Positions 56,238-64,000 of a stretch of DNA of 64,000 nt are shown here, one piece after another. Position numbers and translations under genes: made by a program. Numbering within the stretch: the stretch's first letter is position 1; every line of letters begins with the position of its first letter. The stretch comes from an uncultured Methanosarcinales archaeon (GTDB taxonomy: Archaea > Nanobdellota > Nanobdellia > Woesearchaeales > GW2011-AR9), in NCBI GenBank assembly GCA_964434885.1, contig CAYSWQ010000003.1, positions 6,882 to 70,881 of the forward strand. Reading direction: 5' to 3'. The notes beneath the pieces were generated by a model. That model was not told where the DNA came from and searched no databases. It worked only from the letters and a program-made list of their open reading frames with translations.

Positions 56238-56323
56238 TTAATGACGTGAAAAATTGTTTTTTGTTTTCTATGAGAAATTGGGGTTGTGTGATTGTGTTGA
56301 TTTAATAAAAGATAAAATAAAAA

Positions 56324-56656
56324 TTAATAAGCTAAACAACTACATAATTTGTAACCTTTGTTTAATGCTTCAGTTTTGTTTTTGAAGATCTTTCGATTTT
56401 CTTTTTTAATATTCTGGGCATGTAAACAATTAGAAACATGTAATTTTTTTCCTGTTTTTGAAACAACATATGTTTTGTTTTTTGTTTTGGTGGTTGTTGG
56501 TTTGTTTTTAACTAAAAGTAAATGTAATTGTTTATTTTCTTTTTCTAAGTGGTTTATTCTATCTAAGATATAATTAATATTGGTTTGGATGTTAATTACA
56601 TCAGTTTTAACGTTTTGAAATGAAATTGCTAATTTTTCTTTTTCTTTATAGTTCAT
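56324..56656 (-). CDS. coiled-coil protein with a C-terminal Ada-like Zn-binding domain
   Basis: 'YVVSKTGKKLHVSNC...IKKENRKIF....EA...GYKLCSC' after a short coiled coil. Confidence 0.65.
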   Translation of the reverse strand: MNYKEKEKLAISFQNVKTDVINIQTNINYILDRINHLEKENKQLHLLLVKNKPTTTKTKNKTYVVSKTGKKLHVSNCLHAQNIKKENRKIFKNKTEALNKGYKLCSCLAY

Positions 56657-56788
56657 TTTGGTTTCCTCCTTTTTGTTTAATTATGTTTATTCTTTAAATA
56701 TTTTTTGTTTATTTGTTACTTTAAAGTGCTAAATTAATTGGTTATTTTAAAACAAATCTTTTTATACTTGTAGTTAATTTATTGTTAA

Positions 56789-57808
56789 ATGACACCCGAA
56801 CAAAAATTAGAATTGTTGAAGAGGAATACTCAAGAGATTGTAACTGAAGAAGAGATGTTGAAATTATTACAGACTAAGAAGCAGCCGGTTGTTTATTTGG
56901 GAACAGCGATTACTGGTAGACCACATATTGGTTATTTTGTTTGGGTTTTGAAGATGGCTGATTTTTTGAAAGCCGGTTTTAAAGTTAAAGTTTTATTGGC
57001 AGACCTACATGGCGCATTAGATAATTGTCCTTGGGAAGTTTTGGAAAAAAGATACAAATATTATACTAAAATTATTCCTTTGATGTTTAAAGCAGTAGGG
57101 GCCGATGTTGGTAATTTAGAATTAATAAAAGGATCTGATTTTCAATTAGAAAAAGAATATATTTTAGATACATTAAAAGTAGCTACTAAAGTTTCTATCA
57201 ATGATGCCAAACGAGCGGCTTCAGAAGTAGTTAAGTTTGGAGAAAACCCAAAATTAAGTGGGTTAATATATCCAATTATGCAGTCTTTAGATGAAGAATA
57301 TTTGAAAGTAGATGTGCAATATGGTGGGATTGATCAAAGGAAGATTTTGATGTTTGCTCGGGAAAACCTACCTAAAATTGGATATAAAGCAAGAGTAGAA
57401 TTTATGACTCCTTTGATGCCTGGGTTGATTGGGAAAAAAATGAGTGCTTCTGATCCAAAATCTAAAGTTGATTTGTTAGATGATCCAAAAACTGTGCAGA
57501 AAAAAATTAATGGGGCCCATTGTGAAGCAGGAGTAGTAGAAGATAATGGTGTTTTGTCTTTTTTGAAATATGTAGTAATGACTTTGAAAGATGATGCTGG
57601 TGAGAAATTTGTGATTGAAAGACCAGAGAAGTTTGGAGGTAATTTAACTTTTGATAATTATGAAGCAGTAGAAGAAGCTTTTGTTAAGAAAGAATTACAC
57701 CCTTTGGATTTGAAAATGGCTTTAGCTAAAGAAATTAGTAAGTTGTTAGAACCTTTTCAGAAACAAAAAGAGAAATTGGAGAAAGTTGTTGAGGAAGGAT
57801 ATTCTTAA
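56789..57808 (+). CDS. tyrS: tyrosyl-tRNA synthetase, archaeal type
   Basis: HIGY, LADLH, YPIMQ, GGIDQRK, KMSAS and LHPLDLK. Confidence 0.97.
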   Translation: MTPEQKLELLKRNTQEIVTEEEMLKLLQTKKQPVVYLGTAITGRPHIGYFVWVLKMADFLKAGFKVKVLLADLHGALDNCPWEVLEKRYKYYTKIIPLMFKAVGADVGNLELIKGSDFQLEKEYILDTLKVATKVSINDAKRAASEVVKFGENPKLSGLIYPIMQSLDEEYLKVDVQYGGIDQRKILMFARENLPKIGYKARVEFMTPLMPGLIGKKMSASDPKSKVDLLDDPKTVQKKINGAHCEAGVVEDNGVLSFLKYVVMTLKDDAGEKFVIERPEKFGGNLTFDNYEAVEEAFVKKELHPLDLKMALAKEISKLLEPFQKQKEKLEKVVEEGYS

Positions 57809-57852
57809 TTTTTTTGATAATTTTTTTAAATGGTTTGCTTTTTTTAAATAAA

Positions 57853-58302
57853 ATGGAAAATTGTGCAACTGCAAGAAGAATGGACCCAAGCGATATTTAT
57901 GACGGAACAAATCAGAACGAGTTGTATCTAGATTATATTTTGAATACAGATCCTTTTCAAAGACTAAGTTTATCTCATACTTCTGATTTTGGACACGGGT
58001 TTTTGGAACAAAATCCAAATAGACCAAAAAAAGAACACGATACATTAATTTTATCTTTAGATAGTTTAAAAGAAAGAGATTTGGAAGTATTTAATCATTT
58101 ATTAGAAAATATTGCTAGAAATACTTGGTATGATCATATGCAACTTAATTTTCAAGATCAAGGGGTTTTGAAAAATTCACAACAAAGAGTATTTCATGAA
58201 GAACTAGGTAGTTATATGATCGGAGAAAATTCAATGAATTACTCTCATAAAATTAGAATTCTAAGGTATCATTTGGGTTTAGATAAATTAGCTAGAGGAT
58301 AA
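57853..58302 (+). CDS. hypothetical protein
   Basis: 149-aa ORF from ATG 57853; no recognised motif. Confidence 0.55.
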   Translation: MENCATARRMDPSDIYDGTNQNELYLDYILNTDPFQRLSLSHTSDFGHGFLEQNPNRPKKEHDTLILSLDSLKERDLEVFNHLLENIARNTWYDHMQLNFQDQGVLKNSQQRVFHEELGSYMIGENSMNYSHKIRILRYHLGLDKLARG

Positions 58303-58304
58303 TT

Positions 58305-59507
58305 TTAAGAACCTTCAACTATTGCTAAACAATAATTTTTGAAGTATTTTTTTATTACGCGTTTTATATCTTTAGTGGATACTTTTTTTATTTTTTTGAT
58401 ATATTGTGTTATTTGTTCAGCTTTTTCAACTTGTTCCCAGAAGACCAATGCATCCGCTAGTTTTTGATTGTCTTCGGTTTCTAATAAATAATTACCTTCT
58501 AAGTAGGTTTTTGATTCGTTTAGTTCTTTTTCAGAGAGATTATTTAGGTCGTTAAGTTTTTTCAAAACTGCTTTTTTAGCAATAGGAACTTTCTTGCGAT
58601 CAGTACTTAGATAGATAGCAAAGTAACCATAATCTCCATCACAAGCGTGTTGAGTGCCAACTTCATAAGCTAAGCCTAACTTACTACGAATCTCTTGAAA
58701 CATCCAACCAGATTGTCCGCGTCCTAAAATACCACTAATAACATCCAAGGTATAGCTATCTGGATGTTTTCGGGAAATAGTTTTATATCCTAAAACAAAA
58801 TAAGTATTTGTGATTTTTCTTTTTTCTTTTTTGATTTTGTTTTTCTTAGACAATGGTTCTTTAGTGCTGGGCAAAGTGATTGTTTTTTGAGCTGAACGAG
58901 TGAATTTTTGTTCAACTTTTTTCCGCCAGTTAGGAATATTACCAACAATAGAAAGGACGATATTATTGGGGTTGTAATATTTATTATAATAATCTAAAAC
59001 TTTTTTCCGAGTTAGTTGTTGGATTACTTTTTTATCTCCATATGTTGGAAATTTGGCGGGATGAAGGTCGAAAATATTTTTTTCAAATAAAATCCATTGA
59101 TAGAAGCGTGGTTCGTCATTAACCATATCAATTTCTTTGATAACAATTTTCTTTTCTTTTTCAATTCCTTTTTCAGAAAAAAGAGGATTTTGTAAAATAT
59201 CTGTTAACACATCCAAACCAATATCAAAATGTTTATTGAGAACTTTTACAAAGAAACAAGTTCTTTCACTAGAGGTATAAGCATTTAAGTCTCCACCAAT
59301 CTTTTCTATTTCATTAGCAATTTCTTGACTGGTAGGTCTTTTTTTAGTCCCTTCGAAAACCATATGTTCAAGGAAGTGAGAGATTCCTCTTTCAGATTTG
59401 GTTTCGTTATTGCTTCCAACTTTGACTAGAAATTCAATTGCTACAGAATTGGTTTCTTTTTTTTGATATATTACAGTGAGACCATTTTTGAGTTTAATTT
59501 TTTGCAT
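58305..59507 (-). CDS. M16 (pitrilysin/insulinase) family zinc peptidase
   Basis: HFLEHMVFEGT, NAYTS and EIRSKLGLAY. Confidence 0.95.
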   Translation of the reverse strand: MQKIKLKNGLTVIYQKKETNSVAIEFLVKVGSNNETKSERGISHFLEHMVFEGTKKRPTSQEIANEIEKIGGDLNAYTSSERTCFFVKVLNKHFDIGLDVLTDILQNPLFSEKGIEKEKKIVIKEIDMVNDEPRFYQWILFEKNIFDLHPAKFPTYGDKKVIQQLTRKKVLDYYNKYYNPNNIVLSIVGNIPNWRKKVEQKFTRSAQKTITLPSTKEPLSKKNKIKKEKRKITNTYFVLGYKTISRKHPDSYTLDVISGILGRGQSGWMFQEIRSKLGLAYEVGTQHACDGDYGYFAIYLSTDRKKVPIAKKAVLKKLNDLNNLSEKELNESKTYLEGNYLLETEDNQKLADALVFWEQVEKAEQITQYIKKIKKVSTKDIKRVIKKYFKNYCLAIVEGS

Positions 59508-59606
59508 CCAAGGAGTAATTTATTTTTGTTTATAATGGTTTCTGAGAAAAGCAATTAAATCGAAAAGAAACAAAATAATTATAAACAATCAAAATTTAAT
59601 AATTCT

Positions 59607-60653
59607 ATGAAACTTCCGGAATTACAAAAAGAGTTGCGGAAAAAGAAGATATCTTATTTGTTATTGACTAATAAAGACCCTAATTTTACTTATTTTACTG
59701 GATTGAAAGGAACTTCTTTTGCCTTGTTGTTTGTTCCGCGGAAAGGAAAACCTTTCTTGTTTGTTACTTCTTTAGATAAAGAGAAAACTAATTCTTCTAC
59801 TGAGAATGTGTTAATTGAGAAACCATGGGAAGTAAATTTGAAGAAAAAGATTAAACCAAAAGTGTTAGGTTATAATGCACAGACAATGACAGTTTATGCT
59901 TATAAGAAATTTAAGAAGATTTTTCCAAAAGTTAAATTTGTTGATTGGTCAAAATATTTGTGTTGTTTAAGAATTGAAAAAACTAAACAAGAATTAAGTA
60001 GTCCGCGGAAAGCAGCAAAATTAACAGTGTTGGCTTTTGAAGGGATAATTAAAGGGTTGAAGAAAAAGAGATTTAAGACAGAAAACGACATAAAGTTTTA
60101 TTTAGAGAAATTTGCGTTAGATAATAATACAGAATTGTCTTTCCCCCCAATTGTAGCTTCTGGGAAAAACACTAGAAATCCTCATCATCAGACTTCTAAT
60201 CAAAATTTGAAGAAAGGTTTTTTGTTATTGGATTTTGGGATTTCTTATCAAAATTATTGTTCAGATATGACTCGGATGGTATATTTGGGAAAACCTGGGC
60301 CGCGGGAATTGGCCATGTATAATTTTTTATTAGATGTGCAAGTTAAGACAATAAAGAATTTGAAATTAGGAAAAACAGCAGGACAGATAGAAGCTCAGGC
60401 GCGTAAGGATTTGGGAAAGTATTCTTCTTATTTCATTCATGGATTAGGACATGGAACCGGAATTGAGATTCATGAATTACCAAGTTTGAGTCCAGATTCG
60501 GAAGACAAAATTAAGAAAAATCAAGTTTTTACTATAGAACCAGGGATTTATTTCAAAGATTTTGGGTTACGGATTGAAGATACAATTTTGATGAAAGAAA
60601 AACCAGTGATTTTAACTAAATGTACAAAAGAATTGGTATGTGTTAGTTGGTAA
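59607..60653 (+). CDS. M24B Xaa-Pro aminopeptidase/prolidase
   Basis: DFG, SDMTR, HGLGHGTG.EIHE, TIEPGIY and RIED. Confidence 0.95.
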   Translation: MKLPELQKELRKKKISYLLLTNKDPNFTYFTGLKGTSFALLFVPRKGKPFLFVTSLDKEKTNSSTENVLIEKPWEVNLKKKIKPKVLGYNAQTMTVYAYKKFKKIFPKVKFVDWSKYLCCLRIEKTKQELSSPRKAAKLTVLAFEGIIKGLKKKRFKTENDIKFYLEKFALDNNTELSFPPIVASGKNTRNPHHQTSNQNLKKGFLLLDFGISYQNYCSDMTRMVYLGKPGPRELAMYNFLLDVQVKTIKNLKLGKTAGQIEAQARKDLGKYSSYFIHGLGHGTGIEIHELPSLSPDSEDKIKKNQVFTIEPGIYFKDFGLRIEDTILMKEKPVILTKCTKELVCVSW

Positions 60654-60798
60654 AAAGTAGTTTTTATTCTTAAAATAATGGTTTATTATTATAATTTCTT
60701 ACTTTAGAGTAATTATATTCCGAAACATTTATATAATAGTCGATGTGTTACTACTAAAAAATAATATTTTATTAAAATTTAAGCGAGGGAAATATAAA

Positions 60799-61890
60799 AT
60801 GGTATTAAGAAATTTGCGTGATTTTTTGGTTTCTACTGTAGCTGCAGGAAGTATGTTGGCAGCTGTAAGTTGTACGGAAGTAAATACTAACACTTATGTT
60901 GGTTATCCTGATAAAGGACAAAGAGCAGACATTGAGATGTCTGATGCTTCTCGAGATAATGATTTGAAAGTTAGTGTTGATGCTGGTGTTGCTCCAGATT
61001 ACAAAGTAACTGCTGATTTGGGATTAGATAGCAAAGTATTAGATTCTAAAGCTGATACTTTGAAAGCTGATGCTAAGACTTCAGATATTTTGGTTGCAGA
61101 TAAATCATTACCTGATGCTCAAACACCTGATACTAAAGTTGATGCTAGTGCACCAGACAACAAAGTACCTGATCAAAAATTACTAGATTCTCAAACACCA
61201 GATATGGCAGTGGCAGATTTGAGTGTAGATAAAACATCACCTGATACTTACAAAGCACCAGATAGCAAAGTAGCAACCCCAGATAGTACATTGGCAGATT
61301 TGAATGTTGCAGATAAATCATTGCCCGATACTTCTTACAAAGCAGATATGGCTGTTGCAAAACCAGACACATTAACAGCTGATGCAACTTCACCTGATTA
61401 CCAAATAGCTAAAGATGGTGCAGTTGTTAAAGATATGGCCCAAGATGGAACTGTTGTTATCTTTAAAGACGGTGCGACAGCAGATAGTGGAAAAGGCTGT
61501 ACTAGTTTGGAAAAAGCTTTAACTTGTTTAGGAACTAAATATCAAACATTAACAACTCCAGGATGGGCAGCTTATGAAGCTAAGCAAAATGGATATAAAA
61601 ATGTTATAACTGATGAAAATAAGTTTAAACAAGGAGTAGCTGCAGGAAACCCATGTACTGCTTCAAAAATATTTAATAATCAGACTTGTGCAGATTATTT
61701 GAAGAAAGCTACACCTGGTTCTGCTGTTGTTGAATTAAAAGATTCAAACAATATTAGAATTACTGGTTATTTGCCATTCGATCAAGCAATGGGATTAGAA
61801 GCTTTAGCTAAAGGTAAATTAAAAGGAGTAAAGTGTGCTATCTATGGTACATCATTACCTACTGCTAAAATTACTTGCTTTAATAAATAA
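60799..61890 (+). CDS. putative lipoprotein with an Asp-periodic low-complexity stalk and an S-layer-like C-terminal domain
   Basis: Lipobox-like 'LAAVS|C'; about 190 aa of PD/AD repeats roughly every five residues; C-terminal 'AGNPC...C...PGSAVVEL...ITGY...D'. Confidence 0.65.
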   Translation: MVLRNLRDFLVSTVAAGSMLAAVSCTEVNTNTYVGYPDKGQRADIEMSDASRDNDLKVSVDAGVAPDYKVTADLGLDSKVLDSKADTLKADAKTSDILVADKSLPDAQTPDTKVDASAPDNKVPDQKLLDSQTPDMAVADLSVDKTSPDTYKAPDSKVATPDSTLADLNVADKSLPDTSYKADMAVAKPDTLTADATSPDYQIAKDGAVVKDMAQDGTVVIFKDGATADSGKGCTSLEKALTCLGTKYQTLTTPGWAAYEAKQNGYKNVITDENKFKQGVAAGNPCTASKIFNNQTCADYLKKATPGSAVVELKDSNNIRITGYLPFDQAMGLEALAKGKLKGVKCAIYGTSLPTAKITCFNK

Positions 61891-61906
61891 TGTGAGGAAA
61901 TACAAA

Positions 61907-63805
61907 ATGTTAAAAAAAATATTTTTTTTGTTTGTGTTGGTTTTGTTAACTGCATCTATCGTTCCGTCCGGATTAGCTGTGACTAATGATGAAGCATTAT
62001 TACAATATCAATTACAATCATTGACACAGTCAAGTACATTACTTACTCTAGAGTTTAAGAGTGTAAATACCAATTACAAATCTCAAGGGCCTGTTAAAAG
62101 TGTTTTGTTAGCAATGGTTAACTTAGAACAAGCTTTTGCTGGTCAAGTAACAGAGATTCAAAAACACAAAGCAAAAGCAACGTCTTTAGGATATACTGCT
62201 TTAGCTACCGGTTTTGATAGTTTGTTGTTTGCTGATCAAGCAACTTATAATTATTTGAAAGGACAATTAGATGTTGTAGATATCGACAGAGATGGAATCG
62301 CCACATCTAAAGACAATTGTCCTAACAAAGCCAATGCTGATCAGAAAGATGATGACAAGGACGGTATTGGAGATGTATGTGATGCTGTTGTTAATCAAGA
62401 TCCTGTTTTGACTGTTACTGGAACTACAAGCGTAGTGGCTGGTCAAAAAATAACTTTGACTTTAAAAGCAACAGATAAAGATAATAATAAATTGGTTTTG
62501 GCAGTAGCTGAATCACATTCTGGACCAAGTAAATTAACTTTGACTGATAAATTTAAAGATAATGGAGATGGAACAGGAACTTTTACTTGGACTACTACAG
62601 ATAAAGATTTTGGAGATTATCCTTTAGTTTTCAGTGTGAATGATGGTAAAGTTAATATTTATTCATATGTTACTTTGAAAGTTTCCAAAAGTTTTCCAGT
62701 TCCAGTATTAGACAAGATTTTACCTCAAAAAATTGAAGAAGGTAAGAAATTGGAATTTATTGTTAAAGCAACTGATCCAAAAAACGATAAGCTTGTTTTA
62801 ACAACTAGTGCCTTACCAACAGGAGCAGTGTTTAAAGATAATGGGGATGGAACTGGTAAGTTTACTTGGACTCCAACTTATAGTCAAGCTAAGACTTACA
62901 CCATTACATTTACAGCTAAGAACACCATTCCTTTGTCTTCTTACACGCCTGTGAAAATTGAAGTTGTTGATGTTCCTACTACTGGAAACAAAAAACCAGT
63001 TTTCAATACTATTGGCACTAAGACTGTAAAAGAAGGAGTTAAGTTAGAGTTTACAGTAAGTGCTACTGATGCTGATACAGCAGATACTTTGGTTTATTCA
63101 ACAGGAGTTTTACCAACAGGAGCTACTTTTGATAAAACAACTAAGAAGTTTACTTGGACTCCATCTTACACTCAAGCTACAACTTACACAGTTGTTTTTA
63201 AAGTAACTGATGGAAAAGAGACAGTTGAACAAAAAGTAACAATTAAGGTAACAGAATCATCTGCTAATGAAGCAAGTTATGATGCTTTGAAGAAGAAGTA
63301 TGATAATTATGTTGATGAATATGATGATTACGAAGAAGATTTAGAAGATGCTAAAGATGATAAAGACAAAGATGATATCAAAGATGCTAAAGATGATCTA
63401 GATGATTTGAAAGATGATCTAGATGATCTAGATGATGATATTGATACCTTACAGAAGAAAGTTACTGATTCTTCTTTGAAGAAGAAGTTGAATGATTTAG
63501 AAGATGATGTCAAAGATTTGATTGATGACATTAAATATCTTTTAAAAGATTCTAGTAGCAGTTCATCTTCAAGTACAAGTACTGTGTCTTCTTATACACC
63601 AACCAAAACAACTTCAACTGGAACAACTACAACTCCTGGTGTCGTAGTAAATAATTTGAAAACTCCTGCTTTAACCGGAGCAACTACAACCACCACAACT
63701 GGAACTAGTTGGGATGATATTAGATTAGTTGTTTGGGTAGTAGCAGGAATTATCATCTTGCTAGCAGTGATCATCTTTTTGATCAAGTTGTTGTTAAGAC
63801 CTTAG
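61907..63805 (+). CDS. cell-surface protein with TSP3 repeats, three Ig/cadherin-like domains, an acidic coiled coil and a C-terminal TM anchor
   Basis: 'DIDRDGI...DNCP...NADQKDDDKDGIGDVCD'; repeats 'ATD.D...L....LPTGA.F......FTWTP'; D/K heptads; S/T linker; TM helix. Confidence 0.85.
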   Translation: MLKKIFFLFVLVLLTASIVPSGLAVTNDEALLQYQLQSLTQSSTLLTLEFKSVNTNYKSQGPVKSVLLAMVNLEQAFAGQVTEIQKHKAKATSLGYTALATGFDSLLFADQATYNYLKGQLDVVDIDRDGIATSKDNCPNKANADQKDDDKDGIGDVCDAVVNQDPVLTVTGTTSVVAGQKITLTLKATDKDNNKLVLAVAESHSGPSKLTLTDKFKDNGDGTGTFTWTTTDKDFGDYPLVFSVNDGKVNIYSYVTLKVSKSFPVPVLDKILPQKIEEGKKLEFIVKATDPKNDKLVLTTSALPTGAVFKDNGDGTGKFTWTPTYSQAKTYTITFTAKNTIPLSSYTPVKIEVVDVPTTGNKKPVFNTIGTKTVKEGVKLEFTVSATDADTADTLVYSTGVLPTGATFDKTTKKFTWTPSYTQATTYTVVFKVTDGKETVEQKVTIKVTESSANEASYDALKKKYDNYVDEYDDYEEDLEDAKDDKDKDDIKDAKDDLDDLKDDLDDLDDDIDTLQKKVTDSSLKKKLNDLEDDVKDLIDDIKYLLKDSSSSSSSSTSTVSSYTPTKTTSTGTTTTPGVVVNNLKTPALTGATTTTTTGTSWDDIRLVVWVVAGIIILLAVIIFLIKLLLRP

Positions 63806-63880
63806 GGTTTTATTTTTTTTCTTTTATTTTCTAGTAAGTTTTAAAAATAAGAAGTTATTAATCAGATTGGTGAGGTTCAA

Positions 63881-64000
63881 ATGGCAAAAAAACAAGAAGC
63901 GGAAATGTCTAACGAAGAGAAGATGGGTTTTCATAAAGGGAGCTTAGCTACTTTAACGAAAGAAAGAGAAGAAATGTTAAGAATATTACAAATTGTTGAA
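63881..64000 (+). CDS. hypothetical protein, runs off the window edge
   Basis: GGTGAGG SD, then MAKKQEAEMSNEEKMGFHKGSLATLTKEREEMLRILQIVE... Confidence 0.65.
   Translation, partial: MAKKQEAEMSNEEKMGFHKGSLATLTKEREEMLRILQIVE

Noticed and set aside
55563..56305. Plus-strand ORFs of 179 aa and 68 aa
   Set aside because: The first is antisense to tbp; the second spans AT-rich promoter DNA containing the ORB.

Overview
AT-rich archaeal chromosome segment. The gene set (PolD, RadA, Hef, Hjc, TFE, TBP, MCM, Cdc6, BHB-intron tRNAs, a long run of 'MNKKAQ'-type class III signal-peptide genes) points to a DPANN archaeon, most likely Woesearchaeota/Nanoarchaeota; this placement is an inference. From left to right: (1) 1-4.4 kb, the end of a VirB2/VirB3/VirB6-type conjugation or DNA-transfer module with an orphan C5 methyltransferase; (2) 4.5-16 kb, DNA-repair and translation genes (hef, trpS, radA, rpa), two tRNAs with non-canonical introns, and a free-standing LAGLIDADG gene that overlaps tRNA-Cys; (3) 16-40 kb, a surface island with about 16 type IV pilin-like genes and giant Cys-rich proteins, headed by an unannotated RHH regulator with palindromic operators; (4) 41-56 kb, the replication origin (ORB boxes) with cdc6, polD, rpa2, mcm and tbp; (5) 57-64 kb, tyrS, peptidases and surface proteins. 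The main finding is a near-identical 26-bp element, [G/C]TGGACAAGTGGACAA[G/C]T[G/C]CAGGTAG, found immediately upstream of the TATA box of three separate promoters: hef, the LAGLIDADG gene and the small-protein/radA operon. It is a candidate operator of an SOS-like DNA-repair regulon in a DPANN archaeon. All calls come from reading the sequence and supplied ORFs by eye; no database search was run.
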